From an uncultured Gammaproteobacteria bacterium (GTDB lineage Bacteria > Patescibacteriota > Microgenomatia > UBA8517), in assembly GCA_964463425.1 (NCBI GenBank), contig CAYXBV010000002.1:14297-70667 (forward strand): DNA of 56,371 bases. Direction: 5' to 3'. The position numbers and the translations under genes are program-made. Position 1 is the first letter of the stretch; each line of letters opens with the position of its first letter. Below the pieces are notes generated by a model. The model saw nothing but the letters and a program-made list of their open reading frames with translations, was not told the origin of the DNA and did no database searches. Positions 10,009 to 19,423 of this stretch are shown here, piece after piece.

Positions 10009-10419
10009 TTATACCTCTCTTCGTACAAACTTTACCTTAAAAGGTAGTTTTGCCGCAGCTCTTTTAAAAGCTACCTTTGCCAATTCTTCTGTTACTCCTG
10101 CTATCTCAAATATAATTCTTCCCGGCTTAACAACGACCACATAACGATCAATGTCTCCTTTTCCTCCACCCATTCTTTGTCCTGCTGGTCTTGACGAAAC
10201 TGGTTTATCAGGAAAAACTCTTATCCATACTTTTCCTCCTCTTTTTAAAGCATGTGTAATAGCTCTTCTGGCTGCTTCTATTTGTCGTGCCGAAAGCCAC
10301 CCTCGACCAAGACATTTTAAACCAAATTCTCCAAAAGAAATTGAAGAACCTCGGTTAGCTTTCCCTTTTCTTCTCCCTCGAAAATCTTTTCTAAATTTTC
10401 TTTTCTTAGGCTCTAACAT
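10009..10419 (-). CDS. rplP: 50S ribosomal protein L16
   Basis: 136-aa ORF with [46 protein letters not shown] and RMGGGKG. Confidence 0.95.
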   Translation of the reverse strand: MLEPKKRKFRKDFRGRRKGKANRGSSISFGEFGLKCLGRGWLSARQIEAARRAITHALKRGGKVWIRVFPDKPVSSRPAGQRMGGGKGDIDRYVVVVKPGRIIFEIAGVTEELAKVAFKRAAAKLPFKVKFVRREV

Positions 10420-11071
10420 TTTCTTCCTCCTTCTTGTGAATATAAACTTTTACGCCAACATATCCCTTCTTCAAAAGCGCGGGGATTTGAGCATAATCAA
10501 TATTTGCTCTCAGTGTTTGTGTTGGAACAGATCCTAAGTGATATTTTTCAACTCTTGAAATTTCAGCTCCACCTATTCTTCCGGAAAGAATTATCTTAAC
10601 ACCATCGGCTCCTGATTGCATGACTCTGTCCATTGTTCTCGTAATGACTCTTCTGTGAGGCATTCTTCTTTCCAATTCAAATACAATTCTTGAGGCAACT
10701 AAATGAGCTGATATTTCAGGATTTTTTATATCATTAACCTGTAAATCTATTTTTAGATCTTTTACTTCAGCGTTTCTGTTCTTTTTAATTATGCTCATAA
10801 TTAATTTTTTAACATCTTCCAATCCAGTTCCGCCCCTACCTATGACTACACCCGGCCTAGATACAGTCATAATTATGACTAAACTTTTTGGCAATCTTTC
10901 GATCTCAACACTAATAATCCCTGCCAATTTTAGCTTCTCCATAAGAGCTCTTCTTATTTTTATATCTTCTATTAGGTAATCTTTATACTTGCCTGTGTCA
11001 GCAAACCAGCGTGATTTCCATGGAAGAAAAACGCCTGTTCTAAAACCTATTGGATTTATTTTTTGTCCCAT
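10406..11071 (-). CDS. rpsC: 30S ribosomal protein S3
   Basis: 221-aa ORF with [12 protein letters not shown]-terminus, a KH domain and [10 protein letters not shown] motif. Confidence 0.95.
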   Translation of the reverse strand: MGQKINPIGFRTGVFLPWKSRWFADTGKYKDYLIEDIKIRRALMEKLKLAGIISVEIERLPKSLVIIMTVSRPGVVIGRGGTGLEDVKKLIMSIIKKNRNAEVKDLKIDLQVNDIKNPEISAHLVASRIVFELERRMPHRRVITRTMDRVMQSGADGVKIILSGRIGGAEISRVEKYHLGSVPTQTLRANIDYAQIPALLKKGYVGVKVYIHKKEEENVRA

Positions 11072-11084
11072 TTTTATATAAAAG

Positions 11085-11255
11085 CTATTTAGCTTTTCCT
11101 TTCATTTCTTGCCATTTCGCAATACGCCTCTCTCTCCTACCTCTCACTGGTTCATAGGGAGATAGGCTATTAGGATTCAATGGACGTTCCTCTCTTGGAA
11201 ATCGTGTTAAATCGAGAGGGCATCTTTCTTTTATTGATTTGCGTTCTGGTTTCAT
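11085..11255 (-). CDS. unannotated small basic protein (56 aa) between rplV and rpsC
   Basis: Below the ORF-track size cutoff. Reverse complement reads MKPERKSIKERCPLDLTRFPREERPLNPNSLSPYEPVRGRRERRIAKWQEMKGKAK then TAG. Its ATG overlaps the rplV TGA stop as ATGA (11252-11255). It fills most of an otherwise unexplained 180-bp gap. No family recognised. Confidence 0.5.
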   Translation of the reverse strand: MKPERKSIKERCPLDLTRFPREERPLNPNSLSPYEPVRGRRERRIAKWQEMKGKAK

Positions 11256-11680
11256 TTTTTTGTTTTAATTTCCTTCTTATTTCCCTTTTTCGCTGTTTTT
11301 TTCGTTACTTTTTTCGTTTCAGTTTTTGGTTTTGTTACTTCTTGTCTTTGTTTCTTTTCGACTAAAATAATCCTTATATGACTCATTCTTCGTTTGTATG
11401 GATGCCAAACACCTCGTGATGCCGGCCTACCTCTCTTAAGTCTTGGTCCTTCATTGATTTGAATTTCTTTAAAAATTAAGTTTTCTTCTTTTGCGCCCAT
11501 TGCTTTACCGTTAGCAACAGCAGTTTTTATTGCTTTAATTAAGGGTTCAGCTGCAAACTTTCTTGAAAATGGTAATCTTTCGATAGCGTCAGCCGGTGTC
11601 ATCTTTTTCGCCAAATCGGCCACTAAACGCAATTTTCTTGGCGATGTTTTTACAAATTTTTGTACTGATTTTATTTCCAT
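11252..11680 (-). CDS. rplV: 50S ribosomal protein L22 (with Lys-rich C-terminal extension)
   Basis: 142-aa ORF with SPRKLRLVADLAKKM and EGPRLKRGRPASRGVWHPYKRRMSHIRIIL, followed by a tail of about 35 aa rich in K and T. Confidence 0.94.
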   Translation of the reverse strand: MEIKSVQKFVKTSPRKLRLVADLAKKMTPADAIERLPFSRKFAAEPLIKAIKTAVANGKAMGAKEENLIFKEIQINEGPRLKRGRPASRGVWHPYKRRMSHIRIILVEKKQRQEVTKPKTETKKVTKKTAKKGNKKEIKTKK

Positions 11681-11686
11681 AATAGT

Positions 11687-11968
11687 TTAAGTCTTTTCAA
11701 TAATTCTTTTTACGACTTGTCCGTGTCCTCTAAAAGTTCTTGTCGGCGAAAACTCTCCCAATCTGTGTCCAACCATATCTTCTGTAACAAAAACCTCTAT
11801 AAAGTTTTTTCCGTTATGAACACTGAAATATCTTCCTACAAACTCAGGTGAAATTTGGCTGTTTCTTGCCCATGTTTTAATAGGCTTCCCTTTTTCGCCC
11901 ATACCGCTGGCTACTCTTTTGGCGATTCTCTCGTCTACATAAGGTCCTTTTTTAGCTGATCTTGACAT
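11687..11968 (-). CDS. rpsS: 30S ribosomal protein S19
   Basis: 93-aa ORF with [12 protein letters not shown] and [33 protein letters not shown]. Confidence 0.95.
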   Translation of the reverse strand: MSRSAKKGPYVDERIAKRVASGMGEKGKPIKTWARNSQISPEFVGRYFSVHNGKNFIEVFVTEDMVGHRLGEFSPTRTFRGHGQVVKRIIEKT

Positions 11969-11976
11969 ATTATTTT

Positions 11977-12729
11977 TTAGGCGTGTTTGCCTGGTTTCCT
12001 CTTTTTTACTATTAACTTATCTGAATATTTTTTCCTTTTACGTGTTTTTCCAACAGCTGCCTTTCCATAAACAGTCTTTGGGTGCTTCATTCCAACTCCA
12101 CTCCTGCCCTCTCCTCCTCCGTGTGGATGTGAACCAGGATGTTGGGCTGTTCCTCGAACTGTAGGTCTGATACCCATTCTTCTTTTTCTACCAGCCTTAC
12201 CAATTCTCTCAGTTCGAATTTCAGCGTTGCCAACCTGACCTAGGGTAGCATACACCTCAGGAAGAAACCTTCTTATTTCACTTGAAGGCAATTTTACTAA
12301 TACATATTTTTCTTCTTTTCCATGAATAATGGCAGCTGCTCCTGCACCACGAACAATTTGTCCACCTTTTCCTGGCCTAATTTCTATATTGTGAATCTGT
12401 GAACCTACAGGAATTTTTGACAAAGGTAGGGCACATCCAACTTCTAATGGTGCTGATTCAGAAGCAATTATCTTTTGTTCAACTTTTAAATCAGCTGGGG
12501 CCAAAATATATCGCCTTTCCCCGTCAACATAAAGAATTAGGGCAATATGAGCATTTCTGTTTGGGTCATAAGCAATTTCTTCTACCTTACCCCAAATGTC
12601 TCTCTTGTCTCTTTTGAAATCAATTTTTCTTAAAAATCTTTTTTGTCTGCCGCCTTGGTGCCTAACGGATACTCTCCCGCTAGCATCTCTTCCTGAGTTT
12701 TTAGGTAATATTGTTTTTAATTTTTTCAT
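11977..12729 (-). CDS. rplB: 50S ribosomal protein L2
   Basis: 250-aa ORF with [22 protein letters not shown] and [18 protein letters not shown]. The N-terminal region is shorter than in model L2. Confidence 0.95.
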   Translation of the reverse strand: MKKLKTILPKNSGRDASGRVSVRHQGGRQKRFLRKIDFKRDKRDIWGKVEEIAYDPNRNAHIALILYVDGERRYILAPADLKVEQKIIASESAPLEVGCALPLSKIPVGSQIHNIEIRPGKGGQIVRGAGAAAIIHGKEEKYVLVKLPSSEIRRFLPEVYATLGQVGNAEIRTERIGKAGRKRRMGIRPTVRGTAQHPGSHPHGGGEGRSGVGMKHPKTVYGKAAVGKTRKRKKYSDKLIVKKRKPGKHA

Positions 12730-12737
12730 ATTTATTT

Positions 12738-13016
12738 TTATTTCTTTGTTTCCCCGAATAAATCGATTTTGTCTTTACCGTCTAGGATTACCATTGCTTT
12801 TTTCTTAGGCTTAGTTGTTCTTTTTTTACCCTGATTTGTTCTCTTTACTTCTCCTACAATATTCATTGTTCGAACCTTAACAACCTTTACTCCAAAAACA
12901 TCCTCTATTGCCTTTCTTATCTGTCTCTTATTCATATTTTTTTCAACAAAAAAAGTATAAATACCCTTTTTTGCCTCGCTCATGCTTTTTTCTGTCAAAA
13001 CTGGTATTAATTTCAT
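12738..13016 (-). CDS. rplW: 50S ribosomal protein L23
   Basis: 92-aa ORF with IPVLTEKSMSEAKKGIYTFFVEKNMNKRQIRKAIEDVFGVKVVKVRTMN. Confidence 0.93.
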   Translation of the reverse strand: MKLIPVLTEKSMSEAKKGIYTFFVEKNMNKRQIRKAIEDVFGVKVVKVRTMNIVGEVKRTNQGKKRTTKPKKKAMVILDGKDKIDLFGETKK

Positions 13017-13687
13017 TTCTTTACCTTTCTTATTTTAGTCGGCGCTGCTTCTTTTTTTGCTACCTTTGTCTTTGTTTTTGGTGTTAATATTTCCTTATCC
13101 ATTACTAAAATTCCCCCATAAAATACTTGGTGTGCATTTAGATTATTAAAATAAATTGCCTGTGCATTAGGTATATTCCTGATAGCACGAACTGCTGATA
13201 AGCTCTTCTCGGAAAGAACAAAGGACACCTTGCCATCTTTTTTCTTGCTTGTAATCACTTTGTCGACTAATATTTGTGCCTCTTTTGTCTTTTTTAATGT
13301 CGAAAGTCCCTCAACTACGACCAATCTGTTATCTCTTACCTTTTCTCCCAAAGCGATACTAACTGCTTTTCTGCGCATCTTTTTAGGTAATTCTAGTTTT
13401 CTTTTTACTCCTTTTGGTCCATGAGCCTTACCACCACCGACAAATATTGGAGCTGAAAGGGCTCCATGTCTTGCTCTACCTGTACCTTTTTGTCTATATA
13501 TTTTTCGCTTAGAGGCCACAACCTCGCCTCGAGTTTTTACTTTAGAAATACCTCTGTGAAGCCTTCCTTCATAAACTCTTATTGCTTGAGCTAAAAGAGC
13601 TGGATTTTCATCTCCAATAAAACCTTTAGGCAAATTTACAGCCTCTTTTTTTGTTCCTTTTACTGAAAAAGCGTCTACTTTTGTCAT
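13013..13687 (-). CDS. rplD: 50S ribosomal protein L4
   Basis: L4 pattern QKGTGRARHGALSAPIFVGGGKAHGPK. The track ORF extends to 13738 and would overlap rplC by 50 nt. The ATG at 13687 (MTKVDAFSV...) lies 1 nt after the rplC stop and is the more likely start. Confidence 0.9.
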   Translation of the reverse strand: MTKVDAFSVKGTKKEAVNLPKGFIGDENPALLAQAIRVYEGRLHRGISKVKTRGEVVASKRKIYRQKGTGRARHGALSAPIFVGGGKAHGPKGVKRKLELPKKMRRKAVSIALGEKVRDNRLVVVEGLSTLKKTKEAQILVDKVITSKKKDGKVSFVLSEKSLSAVRAIRNIPNAQAIYFNNLNAHQVFYGGILVMDKEILTPKTKTKVAKKEAAPTKIRKVKK

Positions 13688-13688
13688 T

Positions 13689-14432
13689 TTATTCTTTACT
13701 TTCCTTTTCCGCTGATTCTGCTTCTGCTTCTTGTTCAACCTGTCCCTGCACTTGATCTGTTTCTTGAGCTATATCACTAAGCTTTCCTGAGGCAATCTTC
13801 TTAATAATTAAAAATCCCTTAGGTGCTCCAGGAATAGGTCCCAAAACAGCCATTTCATTTTTTTCTGCATCAATCGAGACTACTTTTATACTCTTAACCG
13901 TTACTGTATCTCCTCCCATTCTCCCAGCCATTTTCTTGCCTTTGTGAACACGTCCAGGTGTAGTTCCTTGACCAATAGACCCAGGCGATCTTGGTCTGTC
14001 AGATTGACCGTGTGTTCTTGGTCCTCCACCAAAACCCCATCGTTTCATTACACCAGCAAATCCTTTTCCTTTCGAAGTTCCTGTTACTGTAATCTCGTCT
14101 CCCTCACTAAAAATGTCGGAAACTTTTATTTCGTCCCCGACTTTAAATTCTGGCTCTTTATCAAACCTTACTTCGCGTAAAAATCGCGGAGCTATTTTGT
14201 CTTTAATTACTCCGCGTAAGTGTCCTTGCATTGGTTTGGTTACATTTTTGATCTTTTTTTCTCCAAACCCGATTTGAATTGCCCAATATCCATCTGTTTT
14301 TTCTTTTTTGATTTGAGTTACAACACATGGACCGGCTTCCACATACGTAACAGGTACCCTTGTCGTTTCAACAAAGGCTTGTCCCATATATTTCTTTTTT
14401 CCGAGAATTGTATTTATCATTATTTTAAGCAC
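13689..14432 (-). CDS. rplC: 50S ribosomal protein L3 (acidic C-terminal tail)
   Basis: 247-aa ORF with ILGKKKYMGQAF, GKGFAGVMKRWGFGGGPRTHGQSDRPRSPGSIG and a tail QETDQVQGQVEQEAEAESAEKESKE. The true start may be the internal ATG at 14420. Confidence 0.93.
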   Translation of the reverse strand: MLKIMINTILGKKKYMGQAFVETTRVPVTYVEAGPCVVTQIKKEKTDGYWAIQIGFGEKKIKNVTKPMQGHLRGVIKDKIAPRFLREVRFDKEPEFKVGDEIKVSDIFSEGDEITVTGTSKGKGFAGVMKRWGFGGGPRTHGQSDRPRSPGSIGQGTTPGRVHKGKKMAGRMGGDTVTVKSIKVVSIDAEKNEMAVLGPIPGAPKGFLIIKKIASGKLSDIAQETDQVQGQVEQEAEAESAEKESKE

Positions 14433-14433
14433 T

Positions 14434-14456
14434 AAAAAAGGTGCCCGGGGGCACCC
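14434..14456 (-). terminator. intrinsic-terminator-like hairpin plus U-tract immediately upstream of rplC (candidate attenuator)
   Basis: Minus strand reads GGGTGCC-CCCG-GGCACC followed by TTTTTT. The T-run ends 1 nt before the rplC ORF start. Confidence 0.6.
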
Positions 14457-14517
14457 ATAAGTGCATTTTCCGAGGCTCCTCGCGTGGCCAATTATGACGA
14501 ACTATCCACGACGTGCA

Positions 14518-14546
14518 ATTATACCAAATGAAGCTAGCTTGAGCAA
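14518..14546 (-). promoter_or_regulatory. sigma70-type promoter inside the rpsJ-rplC spacer
   Basis: Minus strand reads TTGCTC (14546-14541), a 17-nt spacer, then TGgTATAAT (extended -10, 14526-14518). Confidence 0.6.
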
Positions 14547-14551
14547 GACGC

Positions 14552-14860
14552 TTACATCTTTATCTCAATAGATACTCCCGCAGGAAGATCTAGATTTGAG
14601 AGGGAATCGATTGTTCTATCTGAAGGATCAATAAGATCAATTAACCTTTTATGTACCAATACTTCAAAGTGCTCACGAGCATCTTTATCTGTAAAAGGAG
14701 AAGTTTGAACTGGAATAAGGGTTCTTTTTGTGGGGAGAGGAATGGGGCCAACGATCTTTGCTCCGGTCGCAATTGCTGAATCCAATATTTTAGCAGCCGC
14801 CTCATCGATGACACGGTGGTCGTAAGACTTTAATTTTACTCTAAGACGACCTGCTGGCAT
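14552..14860 (-). CDS. rpsJ: 30S ribosomal protein S10
   Basis: 102-aa ORF with RVKLKSYDHRVIDEAAAKI, GPIPLPTKR and HKRLIDLIDP. An AAGGA SD lies upstream. Confidence 0.95.
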   Translation of the reverse strand: MPAGRLRVKLKSYDHRVIDEAAAKILDSAIATGAKIVGPIPLPTKRTLIPVQTSPFTDKDAREHFEVLVHKRLIDLIDPSDRTIDSLSNLDLPAGVSIEIKM

Positions 14861-14884
14861 ATTGTTCCTTTAAGGTACTTTCTG

Positions 14885-16078
14885 TTAAGCGGTTATCTTT
14901 GTTATTGCTCCGGCGCCAACTGTACTTCCGCCTTCGCGAATAGCAAATCTCCAACCATCTTCCATCGCTACTGGTTGAATAAGTTTAACTTTCATTTTTG
15001 CGCTGTCACCAGGCATAACCATTTCTATTCCTTCTGGAAGAGTTACTTCACCTGTAATATCAGCTGTTCTAATAAAGAATTGTGGCTTGTATCCTGTGAA
15101 GAAAGGTGTGTGCCTTCCTCCTTCTTCTTTAGAAAGAATGTATACTTCAGCCTCAAATTCTGTGTGTGCCTTTACTGTTCCTGGCTTTGCGATTACTTGA
15201 CCTCTTTCAACTTGTCCTTTTTCGATTCCTCTCAATAAAATACCAACGTTGTCACCAGCCTGAGTTTCATCTAAGGTTTTCCTGAACATTTCAAGACCTG
15301 TGGTTACAGTCTTTAGAGTGTCCTTAAGACCAACAATTTCAATTTCTTCGTTTACCTTTAATTTTCCTCTTTCAACTCTTCCTGTGGCAACTGTACCTCG
15401 TCCCTTAATGGAGAAAACATCTTCAACAGGCATAACAAAAGGTTTATCGGTGTCTCTTTTGGGTTCAGGAATGTATTCATCAACAGCCTTCATAAGCTCT
15501 AAAATTTGCTTTTCGCCCTCTGCGTCACCTTCGTATGCTTTTAGTGCTGATCCTTTGATTATAGGAATCTTGTCACCTGGATATTCGTATTTCTTAAGAA
15601 GCTCGCGAATATCAGCTTCTACCAACTCTATAATTTCTGGGTCGTCTACAGTATCAATCTTATTTAGGAAAACAACTATTGCTGGAACGTTAACTTGACG
15701 AGCCAAAATTACGTGCTCTCTTGTTTGAGGCATAGGTCCATCAGCAGCTGAAATAACAAGAATAGCTCCATCCATTTGGGCTGCTCCAGTAATCATGTTT
15801 TTTATGTAGTCAGCGTGACCAGGAGCATCAATGTGAGCATAATGTCTTTTGTCGGTTTCATATTCTGAGTGGTGAACGTTAATAGTAACTCCACGTTCTT
15901 TTTCTTCAGGAGCGTTATCTACATCAAAAAAATCCAAGCTTTTTGTTGGATTTCCAGATTGCTTAGAAAGAACTTTTGTAATGGCGGCTGTTAAAGTAGT
16001 CTTACCATGATCTACGTGACCAATGGTCCCAATGTTTAAATGAGGTTTTGTTCTTTCGTATTTTTGTTTTGCTGCCAT
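14885..16078 (-). CDS. tuf: elongation factor Tu
   Basis: 397-aa ORF with [22 protein letters not shown] and a canonical EF-Tu C-terminus. Confidence 0.97.
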   Translation of the reverse strand: MAAKQKYERTKPHLNIGTIGHVDHGKTTLTAAITKVLSKQSGNPTKSLDFFDVDNAPEEKERGVTINVHHSEYETDKRHYAHIDAPGHADYIKNMITGAAQMDGAILVISAADGPMPQTREHVILARQVNVPAIVVFLNKIDTVDDPEIIELVEADIRELLKKYEYPGDKIPIIKGSALKAYEGDAEGEKQILELMKAVDEYIPEPKRDTDKPFVMPVEDVFSIKGRGTVATGRVERGKLKVNEEIEIVGLKDTLKTVTTGLEMFRKTLDETQAGDNVGILLRGIEKGQVERGQVIAKPGTVKAHTEFEAEVYILSKEEGGRHTPFFTGYKPQFFIRTADITGEVTLPEGIEMVMPGDSAKMKVKLIQPVAMEDGWRFAIREGGSTVGAGAITKITA

Positions 16079-16097
16079 GTTTTTATATTAGTAAATC

Positions 16098-16170
16098 AAA
16101 AAGGACGTCATAGTCCTAGCTCTACTTGAGCTCTGGAAGTATTATACCTAGGCATAAAACACCCTGTCAA
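16098..16170 (-). promoter_or_regulatory. tuf promoter and short hairpin-containing leader
   Basis: Minus strand reads TTGACA (16170-16165), 18 nt, TATAAT (16146-16141). The leader has AGCTC-AAGTA-GAGCT and AGGAC-TATGAC-GTCCT (16117-16102) followed by TTTTGATTT, about 20 nt before the ATG. Confidence 0.55.
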
Positions 16171-16184
16171 GCTTTAATTTAAAA

Positions 16185-18356
16185 TTACCTTTTATCTGTG
16201 CCTGCATCAACCCTTTTTTCGATTAGGTTTTCGGTAATATTTTTAGGAACCACTTCGTAATGGCTAGGTTCCATATAGAAGCTGGCTCTACCTTGAGAAA
16301 TTGAACGAAGCTTAGTTGCATATCCAGACATCCCTGATAAAGGTGCTTGTGCATTGATCACTACCAAGTTGCCTTTCTTTTCTGTTCCTTGAATTTGGGC
16401 TCGCTTACTTGATAAATCTCCAATTATATCTCCCATAAATTCATCTGGGGTTGAAACTTCGATTTTCATTATTGGTTCCAATAACACCATATCAGCATGT
16501 CTTACTGCTTCCTCTAAGGCAAGAGATCCTGCGATTTTAAAAGCAATTTCGGAGGAATCAACATCGTGGAATGATCCATCATAAACAGCAATCTTCATGT
16601 CTACCATTGGAAAACCGGCCAAAATTCCCTTTTCCATTTTTTCTGCCACACCTTTCTGAATAGCTGGAATATATTCTGAAGGGATTGACCCTCCTTTAAT
16701 TTCTGATTTAAATTCATAGCCCTCTCCTCTACCTTTGGGTTCAATCCTAAGTAAACAGTGTCCGTATTGTCCTCTACCTCCAGTTTGCCTTATGTATTTA
16801 CCTTCTCCCTTAGCTATTTTTTGTATTGTCTCTTTGTAGGCAACCTGAGGAGCACCTGTTTTTGCATCAACATTAAATTCTCTCTTCATCCTGTCAACAA
16901 GTATCTCAAGCTGAAGCTCTCCCATTCCCGAAATAATAGTTTGACCAGTTTCGTGATTTGACTTAATTTTAAAAGTTGGATCCTCATCCGAAAGTTTTTG
17001 CAATGCAAGACCCAACCTTTCTTGATCAGATTTTGTGGCTGGTTCAATGGCCAAAGAAATAACTGGATCTGGGAAATCGATTGATTCCAGCAATATCGGG
17101 CTATCCATGTCGCACAGTGTATGTCCTGTCGTTGTCTCTTTAACTCCAACAGCAGCCACAATTTCTCCAGCATAAGCTTCATCTAACAATTCTCGCTGGT
17201 CTGCATGAAGAAGAACGAGCTTTCCAACTCTTTCTTGTTTTTGTTTAGTCGCATTATAAATACTTTGACCAGCCTTTACTGTTCCTGAATAAATTCTTAA
17301 ATAAACCAACCTACCAACATGAGGATCAGTAACCACTTTAAAAGCTAATGCGGAGAACGCCTCATCATTTTTACGTTCCCTTTTCTCAATTTTTCCAGTT
17401 CTCGGATTTTCACCTTCAATAGCTTCTAAATCAACAGGAGAAGGCAAATATTCTAAAACGGCATCTAACAATAACTGTGCTGTTGCCGTACGATTATCTC
17501 CTCCCAATATTGGGAAAAACTTTCCGGAAATAACCCCTTTTCTTATTGCATTTTTGATATCAGCCTCTGTTAATTTCTCGCCTTCAAGATATTTTGCTAA
17601 GGCATTATCGTCATATTCAGCTACTTTTTCTATAAGATCTTCTCTATATTTCTCAGCTTTATCTTTTAAGTCGGCAGGAATGTCTTCTTCTTTTAACTTG
17701 TTGTCTTCGATCTTTTCATACGTATATGCCTTCATCTTGATTAAGTCCACAACTCCGCGCAAATCATGTTCTAGGCCAATTGGGATTTGAATAGGAGTCG
17801 CATTCGCACCAAGACGCTCTTCTATTGAATCAATTGATCCTTCAAAATCAGCACCAATAAGATTTAGCTTATTTAATATACAAATTCGTGGAACTTTGTA
17901 TCGATCTGCCTGTCTCCAAACAGTTTCCGACTGACTCTCAACTCCCGTCCTACCATCAAAAACCATAACAGCACCATCCAAAACTCTTAGGGATCGCTCA
18001 ACTTCTGCAGTGAAATCAATATGTCCTGGAGTGTCAATAATGTTTACCCTGTATTTTCCATTTTTGACCGATGATGGAGATTTTAGTTCCCAAAAAGTAG
18101 TAATTGCAGCAGAAACAATGGTAATTCCACGCTCTCTTTCTTGAGCCATCCAATCTGTAACAGTTGTTCCATCGTCAACAGAACCTTGCTTGTATGTTTT
18201 TCCTGTTTCATAAAGGATTCTTTCTGTTGTTGTTGTCTTTCCTGCATCAATATGGGCAATAATCCCAATATTTCGGATTTTATCCAATGCAACATCTCGG
18301 TCCTTTGTGACCTCCATGACCATTGCGCTTTTCTTTTTTCTTACTTCTGCTGCCAT
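16185..18356 (-). CDS. fusA: elongation factor G
   Basis: 723-aa ORF with [30 protein letters not shown] and domains II-V recognisable. About 12 extra N-terminal codons suggest the real start may be an internal Met (MVMEV...). Confidence 0.96.
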   Translation of the reverse strand: MAAEVRKKKSAMVMEVTKDRDVALDKIRNIGIIAHIDAGKTTTTERILYETGKTYKQGSVDDGTTVTDWMAQERERGITIVSAAITTFWELKSPSSVKNGKYRVNIIDTPGHIDFTAEVERSLRVLDGAVMVFDGRTGVESQSETVWRQADRYKVPRICILNKLNLIGADFEGSIDSIEERLGANATPIQIPIGLEHDLRGVVDLIKMKAYTYEKIEDNKLKEEDIPADLKDKAEKYREDLIEKVAEYDDNALAKYLEGEKLTEADIKNAIRKGVISGKFFPILGGDNRTATAQLLLDAVLEYLPSPVDLEAIEGENPRTGKIEKRERKNDEAFSALAFKVVTDPHVGRLVYLRIYSGTVKAGQSIYNATKQKQERVGKLVLLHADQRELLDEAYAGEIVAAVGVKETTTGHTLCDMDSPILLESIDFPDPVISLAIEPATKSDQERLGLALQKLSDEDPTFKIKSNHETGQTIISGMGELQLEILVDRMKREFNVDAKTGAPQVAYKETIQKIAKGEGKYIRQTGGRGQYGHCLLRIEPKGRGEGYEFKSEIKGGSIPSEYIPAIQKGVAEKMEKGILAGFPMVDMKIAVYDGSFHDVDSSEIAFKIAGSLALEEAVRHADMVLLEPIMKIEVSTPDEFMGDIIGDLSSKRAQIQGTEKKGNLVVINAQAPLSGMSGYATKLRSISQGRASFYMEPSHYEVVPKNITENLIEKRVDAGTDKR

Positions 18357-18449
18357 ATTTATATTATTTTACACAAAAAATTGAAAACGACCTGCTTTCT
18401 TGGGAAATTCTGCCGTCTGGTAATATTTTCCCAACAAGCTTGTTGAGAA

Positions 18450-18929
18450 CTACCAGCGAAAATGACTAAACGCACGATTCGCTTCTGCCATTCTTTCCAT
18501 ATCTTGCTTTTTCTTTACTGCCCCACCCTCACCATTAGCGGCATCCATAATTTCCGTTGCTATTTTTTCAGCGTAAGTGTGATATTCAGAATTCGGTCGA
18601 GCTCTTGCTGCTAAGATAAGCCATCGAATAGCTAAAGATTCTCTTCTTGCTCCTCTTACTGGCATTGGTACCTGATATGCCGCTCCTCCCACTCTTCTGG
18701 GACGAACTTCCATTGTTGGTTTTATCGCCTCAATTGCTTTAGTGAAAACGTCAACGGGATCTTCTTTAGTTTTTTCTTTAATTATTTCAAAAGCTTTGTA
18801 AACCTGTTTTTGAGCTACAGATTTTTTTCCTTCTTTCATGCTTCTATTTATCAACTTTGTAATTACTTTATTGTTGTAAATAGGATCCGACTCTACTTCT
18901 CTTGGTTTAGCTCTTCCTCTTCTTGCCAT
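18450..18929 (-). CDS. rpsG: 30S ribosomal protein S7
   Basis: 159-aa ORF with DPIYNNKVITKLINRSMKEGKKSVA and a C-terminus ending FSHFRW. Confidence 0.95.
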   Translation of the reverse strand: MARRGRAKPREVESDPIYNNKVITKLINRSMKEGKKSVAQKQVYKAFEIIKEKTKEDPVDVFTKAIEAIKPTMEVRPRRVGGAAYQVPMPVRGARRESLAIRWLILAARARPNSEYHTYAEKIATEIMDAANGEGGAVKKKQDMERMAEANRAFSHFRW

Positions 18930-18931
18930 AA

Positions 18932-19396
18932 TTATTCAGTCGCTGGCGCTGACTCGGTTGCTTCAGTCGAAGCTGCCGGTGCCATGACTCCCCCTTTCTT
19001 AGTTCCATATCTGCTCCTTGATGTTTTTCTACCAACCACACCCGCCATGTCGTATTTTCCTCTAACGATTTTATATTTAACTCCTGGTAAATCTTTCACT
19101 CTTCCTGCACGAACCATAACGATCGCGTGCTCGGCTAGCTCGTGTCCTTCTCCTTGAATATAAGCAGTAACCTCTTGCTTGTTGGAAAGCCTTACTCTAG
19201 CCACTTTTCTCAAGGCTGAGTTTGGTTTTTTAGGAGTCATTGTTCTCACTTGAAGTACAACTCCGCGTTTAAAAGGAGCTGACAATTCACTAAACTTTCT
19301 GTCTTTAGCATTAAACCATCTTCCCAAAGCGGCTTTTTGAGTTTTTTTCTTGGTCTTTTTTCGACCCTTTCTGACTAACTGAGATGTTGTTGGCAT
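18932..19396 (-). CDS. rpsL: 30S ribosomal protein S12 (with acidic C-terminal extension)
   Basis: 154-aa ORF with [31 protein letters not shown] and [18 protein letters not shown]. It also has an internal insert of about 14 aa and a tail [19 protein letters not shown]. Confidence 0.94.
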   Translation of the reverse strand: MPTTSQLVRKGRKKTKKKTQKAALGRWFNAKDRKFSELSAPFKRGVVLQVRTMTPKKPNSALRKVARVRLSNKQEVTAYIQGEGHELAEHAIVMVRAGRVKDLPGVKYKIVRGKYDMAGVVGRKTSRSRYGTKKGGVMAPAASTEATESAPATE

Positions 19397-19423
19397 AAAT
19401 GTTTTGCTATTTTACAACTAAAC

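Noticed and set aside
11252-11254. I considered an alternative genetic code with UGA recoded, as in some CPR lineages.
   Set aside because: TGA terminates rplV and dnaJ at positions consistent with full-length conserved proteins. No conserved gene in the window is interrupted by in-frame TGA, so the standard bacterial code fits.
18400-18445. Two mutually exclusive stems lie just after rpsG: TTGGGAAA...TTTCCCAA (8 bp, 19-nt loop) and CAACAAGCTTGTTG.
   Set aside because: No U-tract follows and no promoter motif is nearby. The known S7 autoregulatory site in E. coli lies upstream of rpsG, not downstream. This is probably an mRNA-stabilising or incidental structure, and I cannot support a specific function.
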